From the NCBI GenBank assembly GCA_963693365.1, contig CAVNZM010000131.1, forward strand, positions 1 through 5,046: DNA of 5,046 nucleotides, read 5' to 3'. This DNA is from Amoebidium appalachense (Eukaryota; Protista; Ichthyosporea). A program made the translations under genes and the position numbers. The notes below the pieces were generated by a model. The model was not told the DNA's origin. It searched no databases and saw nothing but the letters and a program-made list of their open reading frames with translations. Shown here in pieces: positions 1-5,046 of the stretch (its first letter is position 1; every line of letters starts with the position of its first letter).

Positions 1-48
1 GTCCAGATCCAATTGCCGGATACCCAATCAGGTGGCGGCTTTTGCAGG

Positions 49-158
49 TCATGCTCACTCATGTGCTGTAATAGTAATCGAAAAATCTACGTTTATTTAT
101 TTCATGCTCACTCATGTGCTGTAATAGTAATCGAAAAATCTACGTTTATTTTATTTCA
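49..158. repeat. 53-bp tandem duplication inside the 933-bp unit (second occurrence at ~982-1091)
   Basis: TCATGCTCACTCATGTGCTGTAATAGTAATCGAAAAATCTACGTTTATTT starts at 49 and again at 102. Confidence 0.93.
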
Positions 159-489
159 TTCAAGTCTTGTGTACAACGAACATAAAACATCAACATGGAT
201 GCCTTTTGCCGCGGGTCATTCGGATAGCGCAAAATCGGAATTTCACTCCCCTTGTGCCCTCCCTCCGATGAGTGGCTCTTGATTTCACATTTTTTAACGC
301 CCGGAAACCACAATCGATGCTATTACAATTCAGATGTATATTTTCTACATAGGTTTATTTGATGTATATTTTCTACATAAGTTATTTATTTAATTCAAGT
401 CTTGTGTACATGGATGCCGTTGCCGCGGGTCATTCGAATAGCACCTCTTTTGCCCCCCTCCCCTCCGATGAGTGGCTTTTGAATTTCAT
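158..489. repeat. Older, diverged internal duplication (158-288 vs 393-489) inside the 933-bp unit
   Basis: Shared blocks in the same order: ATTCAAGTCTTGTGTACA, TGGATGCC, TTGCCGCGGGTCATTCG, CCCTCCGATGAGTGGCT. They are separated by indels, including a 20-bp indel at 176-195. Confidence 0.9.
333..387. repeat. 28-bp-period AT-rich tandem duplication (also at ~1266-1320)
   Basis: GATGTATATTTTCTACATA starts at 333 and 361. Confidence 0.9.
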
Positions 490-689
490 GATGACGAATG
501 CGTGTCAGATCCCAAAATTGTCTAATTTGCCATGTTACGGTATAGACTGACTTTTATTCAAATGTATCGACAGTATACGAAACACAGGAAAAAGCTACTA
601 GGCAATTGCTTTCCTTTGAAATTGGAGCTTACTTGTTTGCAGATGACCCGTTACCAATTCGCGTGCTCATGAATCGCGATGCTTACTGA
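410..689 (+). CDS. Speculative two-exon small orphan gene (exon 410-539, intron 540-642, exon 643-689). The paralogous copy at ~1343-1814 has a longer last exon.
   Basis: ATG at 410; weak donor G|GTATAG at 540; acceptor CTTACTTGTTTGCAG ending at 642. The phase-1 join is in frame (..NLPCY-DDPLPIRVLMNRDAY*). No homology recognised. Confidence 0.2.
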
Positions 690-737
690 AATTGTAAGAC
701 TAGGATGATCTGTTATAACAATTTCTGAGAAAAATAA

Positions 738-808
738 CTGTTGTTTGTGTGAAATCTGTGAAAACTGTAGTGTAGCCGTATTAATCCTGTTGTTTGTGTG
801 AAATCTGT
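738..808. repeat. 22-bp direct repeat, two copies
   Basis: CTGTTGTTTGTGTGAAATCTGT at 738-759 and 787-808. Confidence 0.9.
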
Positions 809-904
809 TGTTGTGTAATAGACAGGGAGAATCGGTTCGTAGATTTTGCAAAATGACATCAACTGGCAGCGCGCCGAATCATATAGTGCTTGATTCATCG
901 GCCG

Positions 905-928
905 CGGCAATAGGCACGGCAATAGGCA
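905..928. repeat. 12-bp tandem duplication
   Basis: CGGCAATAGGCA at 905-916 and 917-928. Confidence 0.9.
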
Positions 929-2011
929 CTGGTGTCCAGATCCAATTGCCGGATACCCAATCAGGTGGCGGCTTTTGCAGGTCATGCTCACTCATGTGCT
1001 GTAATAGTAATCGAAAAATCTACGTTTATTTATTTCATGCTCACTCATGTGCTGTAATAGTAATCGAAAAATCTACGTTTATTTTATTTCATTCAAGTCT
1101 TGTGTACAACGAACATAAAACATCAACATGGATGCCTTTTGCCGCGGGTCATTCGGATAGCGCAAAATCGGAATTTCACTCCCCTTGTGCCCTCCCTCCG
1201 ATGAGTGGCTCTTGATTTCACATTTTTTAACGCCCGGAAACCACAATCGATGCTATTACAATTCAGATGTATATTTTCTACATAGGTTTATTTGATGTAT
1301 ATTTTCTACATAAGTTATTTATTTAATTCAAGTCTTGTGTACATGGATGCCGTTGCCGCGGGTCATTCGAATAGCACCTCTTTTGCCCCCCCTCCCCTCC
1401 GATGAGTGGCTTTTGAATTTCATGATGACGAATGCGTGTCAGATCCCAAAATTGTCTAATTTGCCATGTTACGGTATAGACTGACTTTTATTCAAATGTA
1501 TCGACAGTATACGAAACACAGGAAAAAGCTACTAGAATTGCTTTACTTTTGAAATTGGAGCTTACTTGTTTGCAGATGACCCGTTACCAATTCGCGTGCT
1601 CATGAATCGCGATGCTTACTGTGAAAAGCCTTGCCCCCCTCCAGATAGTGCACGTGATCCTACGATCTTCCCCAACCGCTGTCCAGCCAATCAAAAGGAG
1701 TGCGATTTGCTGGTTGTTTTTGCTATGTATACCAAAAGTTGTTTATACTTCATTAAACCGGCCGTAAGCAAAAAAAAAAAAAGAATAAAATCAAAAATTA
1801 ATTTGTCCAAATAGCTTTGATTGTTGCAATGTGATATAAAGGAGTATTTTTCTAACTTGTTTGACAGCGGGGTATCCAAATTGATTGGGCGCGTATCAGC
1901 TGCAAAAGCGTGCCTTTACATGTGCGAATGATTTAATTGGTTGTTTGGGGTCTTATTCAAGCGCCTGTTGATTCGCCACACATCAGCTGTCCAAATTGTC
2001 CCGTTTCCCGA

Positions 2012-2047
2012 TATAAAAAGCGGTTACAGTCCCAGTTCTCTTACTTT
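2012..2047 (+). promoter_or_regulatory. Putative RNA polymerase II core promoter (TATA box plus initiator) for ORF 2083-2538
   Basis: TATAAAA at 2012-2018; YYANWYY match TTACTTT at 2041-2047, with the A 31 nt downstream of the TATA start; CAGT at 2027 and 2033; reverse CCAAT (ATTGG) at 1884 and 1936; pyrimidine-rich leader before the ATG. Confidence 0.5.
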
Positions 2048-2082
2048 TTCACCTTTCACCTTCTCTTGCATTCTCTTAAAAG

Positions 2083-2538
2083 ATGGGGACGTACGAAAAA
2101 GAAATTGACACAAAACTGGACGAGGTTTTCGGTAGTGCCCGCACTGTTCAAGCAAGGGAAGAAAACACTCGCAGGCTGATTAAAAAATGTAACCAAAGTC
2201 TTGCCGGTGCACGCGCAGGGAGCGAAAAAATTAAAACTTGCATTGTGGAATACACGAAGGCACTAGGCGAAGTATCAAGAGAAATGGAGTCGCTTTACAT
2301 AGCTAGAGACACACGGGATACCGACGTAATGAAAACATTTGAAAATTTCGTTAAAGATCAGGATCGTGATATGCGAGATTTCGAATGTGTAATGAACAAA
2401 TACGAAGAAACGACACGTCGTGTGTTCAAGTCTGCATTGGAAGCAGCTGGGGGGCGGGCGACAAGGACAGAACAAGATGAATCGAGGGAAGGGCCACGCA
2501 AGAGGCATCGTGGCGGACTTGGAGGGAGGGAGAAGTAA
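2083..2538 (+). CDS. Hypothetical 151-aa protein, probably alpha-helical/coiled-coil, with a possible C-terminal nuclear localisation signal (PRKRHR)
   Basis: Only long ORF lying in unique sequence; ATG in strong Kozak context (AAGATGG: A at -3, G at +4); purine-rich coding-like composition; natural-looking E/K/R-rich amphipathic sequence with a single Pro; upstream TATA/Inr. No family recognised. Confidence 0.65.
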   Translation: MGTYEKEIDTKLDEVFGSARTVQAREENTRRLIKKCNQSLAGARAGSEKIKTCIVEYTKALGEVSREMESLYIARDTRDTDVMKTFENFVKDQDRDMRDFECVMNKYEETTRRVFKSALEAAGGRATRTEQDESREGPRKRHRGGLGGREK

Positions 2539-2540
2539 CA

Positions 2541-2624
2541 GGGGGCTTTTTTTTTGGGGGGGGGGGGGGGGGGGGGGAGGAGGGGGGTGTGCTTACACAC
2601 TGGGGGGTGGATGCTTACACACTG
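2541..2624 (+). repeat. G5-C-T9-G22 homopolymer tract followed by two GGGGGGTG..TGCTTACACACTG repeats; G-quadruplex-prone
   Basis: T run at 2547-2555, G run at 2556-2577; TGCTTACACACTG at 2590-2602 and 2612-2624. Confidence 0.85.
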
Positions 2625-2703
2625 ATAGTGTTTGTTATGTTGGTGTATAGTAGATTGTATAGGCATTATATGGTGTTTTCCAAATTTTTTGATGATGATG
2701 TGA

Positions 2704-2845
2704 CTTCAAAATGTTCGATGGTGGCGTGGTGGGTGGTGTGGCTTAGTAATAACTCGTTTTAAAAATATATATACACGTGATATGGCTTCAAAATGTTCGA
2801 TGGTGGCGTGGAAATAACTAGTTTTATAAATATAATATATCACGT
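2704..2845. repeat. Two-copy direct repeat: a 26-bp conserved box followed by an AT-rich tail ending in CACGT
   Basis: CTTCAAAATGTTCGATGGTGGCGTGG at 2704-2729 and 2786-2811; tails AATAACTCGTTTTAAAAATATATATACACGT (2748-2778) and AATAACTAGTTTTATAAATATAATATATCACGT (2813-2845). Confidence 0.9.
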
Positions 2846-3005
2846 CACACTCACATACCAGTGTACTTCCCAAAACACCCCCCCCCCAAAAAAAAAAAAG
2901 CAGTCAAGCCAATTCACTTACCGAGACACTTGCCATCTTGCTGGCTTTGTCGTGAATCACCCGAATCGACCCCCATTTCACACACACACCACACGTGATA
3001 GCATG

Positions 3006-3031
3006 CCCCCCCCCCCACACACACACACACA
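3006..3031. repeat. Poly-C run plus (CA)8 microsatellite
   Basis: C11 at 3006-3016 running into CA repeats to 3031. Confidence 0.9.
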
Positions 3032-3069
3032 CTCAGCATTATTTGCACACACGGATGCATTTTTTGTTT

Positions 3070-3185
3070 CACTTTTTGCATCCCCCGGCCTCACACTTAG
3101 CATATATATTTGGCCCCCCGGCCTCACACTTAGCCTATATATTTGCCCCCTCCCGGCCTCACACTTAGCATATATATGTGGCCTG

Positions 3186-3222
<37 letters not shown>

Positions 3223-3409
3223 TTTGCCCCCTCCCCGGCCTCACACTTAGCCTATATATTTGCCCCCTCCCGGCCTCACACTTAGCATATATATTTGGCC
3301 TCCCGGCCTCACACTTAGCATATATATTTGGCCCCCCGGCCTCACACTTAGCATTTATATTTGCCCCCTCCCGGCCTCACACTTAGCATTCACATCTGCC
3401 CTGCCTGCC

Positions 3410-3441
<32 letters not shown>

Positions 3442-3460
3442 GAGAGAGACTTTTTGCCCC
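3070..3460. repeat. 33-35-bp minisatellite (8 copies, as 3+5) interrupted by (GA)n microsatellites
   Basis: Core CCGGCCTCACACTTAGC at 3085, 3118, 3153, 3235, 3270, 3303, 3336 and 3371; (GA)16 at 3188-3219; (GA)9GC(GA)10 at 3410-3449. Confidence 0.95.
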
Positions 3461-3521
3461 CCCCCCCCCCTCCCCCCGTGCCCCCCGTGCCCCCCCGGAA
3501 CCACGCCCGGGCAGTGTCTTT

Positions 3522-3523
<2 letters not shown>

Positions 3524-3553
<30 letters not shown>
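3524..3553. repeat. (CA)15 microsatellite
   Basis: Perfect CA repeats ending in CACGTG. Confidence 0.95.
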
Positions 3554-3557
<4 letters not shown>

Positions 3558-3649
3558 TGCCAGCAAGGCCCCCCCCCCAACTGTGAGGCCCCCGCCAGTC
3601 TCCTCCGCCTCCCTCCGCCCCCCCGGCCCCCCAGCCTCCCCTGCTCCCC

Positions 3650-3930
3650 AGCCCCCCTGCTGCCGGAACCACGCCCCCAGTGGTGGCATTTAGTTAGGTG
3701 TATATACGAATACACGTGCCTCCCCCTCCCCCCAGCCCCCCCTGCTGCCGGAACCACGCCCCCAGCGGTGCCATGCTTCCCCCACTCTCCCCAGCCCCCC
3801 CTGCACGTGTGCCTCCCCCCTCCTCCCGGAACCACGCCCCCAGCGGTGCCATGCCGCCCCCACTCTCCCCAGCCCCCCTGCACGTGTGCCTCCCCCTCCT
3901 CCCGGAACCACGCCCCCCAGTGGTGGCAGC
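3650..3930. repeat. C-rich tandem sub-repeats of ~76-85 bp
   Basis: CCGGAACCACGCCCCC at 3663, 3748, 3826 and 3902, with shared CAGCGGTGCCATGC / CCCCACTCTCCCCAGCCCCCC / TGCACGTGTGCCTCCCCC blocks. Confidence 0.9.
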
Positions 3931-4894
3931 ATATGCCTTTATTAGTCAAACAGAGCCACCAGAAACTTGCACCACTCTGGTGCCTCATGCACATCTACCT
4001 GCTGCACAGGCAACATGCTCTATGCATACATAATACTTTCTCACTGTGGGTGGCTCGCCAGTCTCGCCCTCCTTGCCCTCCTCGCCAGCATGTGTGCCTC
4101 ACATATCCGCCCTCTTGCTGGCCTGCCGGAACCACGCCCCCAGTGGTGCCATTCCCCAGCGGTGCCATGCCTCCCCCACTCTCCCCAGCCCCCCTGCACG
4201 TGTGCCTCCCCTCCCCCCCCTGCTGCCGGAACCACGCCCCCCAGTGGTGGCAGCATATGCCTTTATTAGTCAAACAGAGCCACCAGAAACTTGCACCACT
4301 CTGGTGCCTCATGCACATCTACCTGCTGCACAGGCAACATGCTCTATGCATACATAATACTTTCTCACTGTGGGTGGCTCGCCAGTCTCGCCCTCCTTGC
4401 CCTCCTCGCCAGCATGTGTGCCTCACATATCCGCCCTCTTGCTGGCCTGCCGGAACCACGCCCCCAGTGGTGCCATTCCCCAGCGGTGCCATGCCTCCCC
4501 CACTCTCCCCAGCCCCCCTGCACGTGTGCCTCCCCTCCCCCCCTGCTGCCGGAACCACGCCCCCCAGTGGTGGCAGCATATGCCTTTATTAGTCAAACAG
4601 AGCCACCAGAAACTTGCACCACTCTGGTGCCTCATGCACATCTACCTGCTGCACAGGCAACATGCTCTATGCATACATAATACTTTCTCACTGTGGGTGG
4701 CTCGCCAGTCTCGCCCTCCTTGCCCTCCTCGCCAGCATGTGTGCCTCACATATCCGCCCTCTTGCTGGCCTGCCGGAACCACGCCCCCAGTGGTGCCATT
4801 CCCCAGCGGTGCCATGCCTCCCCCACTCTCCCCAGCCCCCCTGCACGTGTGCCCTCCCCCTCCTCCCGGAACCACGCCCCCCAGTGGTGGCAGC
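3931..4894. repeat. Three near-identical tandem units: 3931-4254 (324 bp), 4255-4577 (323 bp), 4578-4894 (317 bp)
   Basis: ATATGCCTTTATTAGTCAAACAGAGCC starts at 3931, 4255 and 4578; each unit ends in CAGTGGTGGCAGC; the sequence diverges after 4894. Confidence 0.97.
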
Positions 4895-4924
4895 CAGTGC
4901 CTTACATACTAATCTATTCTATGG

Positions 4925-5016
4925 CCACATGGCCAGATGGCCAGATTGTTTTGACTTCAGGTGGATACCCCCCCCTGCTCACAGACTGGATTTGATCTGG
5001 CCATCTGGCCATGTGG
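4925..5016. repeat. Perfect 22-bp inverted repeat with a 48-bp spacer (hairpin/cruciform or MITE-like)
   Basis: CCACATGGCCAGATGGCCAGAT (4925-4946) is the exact reverse complement of ATCTGGCCATCTGGCCATGTGG (4995-5016). Confidence 0.93.
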
Positions 5017-5046
5017 GTATAAACCGTTTTCTGTTCTAATATTGGA

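Larger units (their letters stand above)
1..1621. repeat. Large direct repeat with a 933-bp period: 1-688 recurs at 934-1621. Probably the right end of a tandem array whose unit is ~689-1621, with the previous unit cut by the window edge.
   Basis: GTCCAGATCCAATTGCCGG starts at 1 and 934; the ORF stops at 282 and 1215 are 933 apart; identity runs to ...GATGCTTACTG (688/1621). Differences seen: a C6 vs C7 run (~453 vs ~1386) and a small cluster at 601-617 vs 1535-1550. Confidence 0.95.

Noticed and set aside
377-381. Baculovirus-type late promoter ATAAG upstream of ATG 410
   Set aside because: A 5-mer in AT-rich DNA is expected by chance, and there is no independent support.
808-1215. 135-aa ORF and its partial copy at 13-282 as a real unspliced gene
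   Set aside because: It crosses a 53-bp (non-triplet) duplication and a degenerate paralogous segment, and shows no recognisable domain. A short exon from ATG 853 cannot be excluded but is unsupported.
1-1621. LTR pair of a retroelement (TRIM-like)
   Set aside because: The right boundary lacks a CA end, and I recognised no primer-binding site or polypurine tract in 689-933. A tandem array cut by the window edge is the simpler explanation.
2541-2555. Rho-independent terminator after the ORF
   Set aside because: A T9 run is present but no GC hairpin precedes it, and the context appears eukaryotic.
2275-2666. Antisense and alternative-frame ORFs (2275-2508, 2358-2666, 2420-2650)
   Set aside because: These are shadows of the better-supported 2083-2538 ORF or run through homopolymers.
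3085-3387. CRISPR array (regular 33-35-bp period)
   Set aside because: Units are head-to-tail with no unique spacers, they are mixed with microsatellites, and there are no cas genes.
3085-3387. Telomeric repeats (TTAG-containing)
   Set aside because: TTAGC occurs once per 33-35-bp unit; there is no tandem TTAGG, TTAGGG or TTAGGC.
2793-5039. Many overlapping ORFs, including 345 aa at 3555-4592, 197 aa at 2793-3386 and 203 aa at 3383-3994
   Set aside because: These frames are open on both strands because GC-rich repeats lack stop codons. The translations are Pro/Gly or dipeptide runs (ERER, HTHT), and unit lengths of 323 and 317 bp and 33-35 bp do not preserve frame.
2539-5046. Mitochondrial control region or rDNA intergenic spacer
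   Set aside because: The nested repeats are superficially similar, but no tRNA, rRNA or respiratory-chain gene is visible, and the adjacent ORF has a nuclear-type promoter.

Overview
Repeat-dominated, mostly non-coding window with eukaryotic hallmarks: (GA)n and (CA)n microsatellites, long homopolymers, and a TATA/Inr/Kozak context. It could be an animal-like nuclear locus or the repeat region of a eukaryotic DNA virus or endogenous viral element; the sequence alone cannot decide. From left to right: (1) two near-identical copies of a 933-bp-period repeat (1-688 = 934-1621) with nested sub-repeats and a possible spliced small gene; (2) one credible intronless 151-aa orphan ORF (2083-2538, +), charged and helical with a basic C-terminal patch, behind a Pol II-like core promoter; (3) an AT-rich duplicated core bracketed by inverted GC-Tn-Gn / Cn-An-GC tracts, where strand skew flips from G-rich to C-rich (2541-2901); (4) a 33-35-bp minisatellite punctuated by (GA)n; (5) a C-rich array with 11 CCGGAACCACGCCC motifs that includes three ~324-bp tandem units (3931-4894); (6) a perfect 22-bp inverted repeat (4925-5016). 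I recognise no known gene, RNA gene, transposase or CRISPR array. Most ORFs in the track are artefacts of GC-rich repeats.
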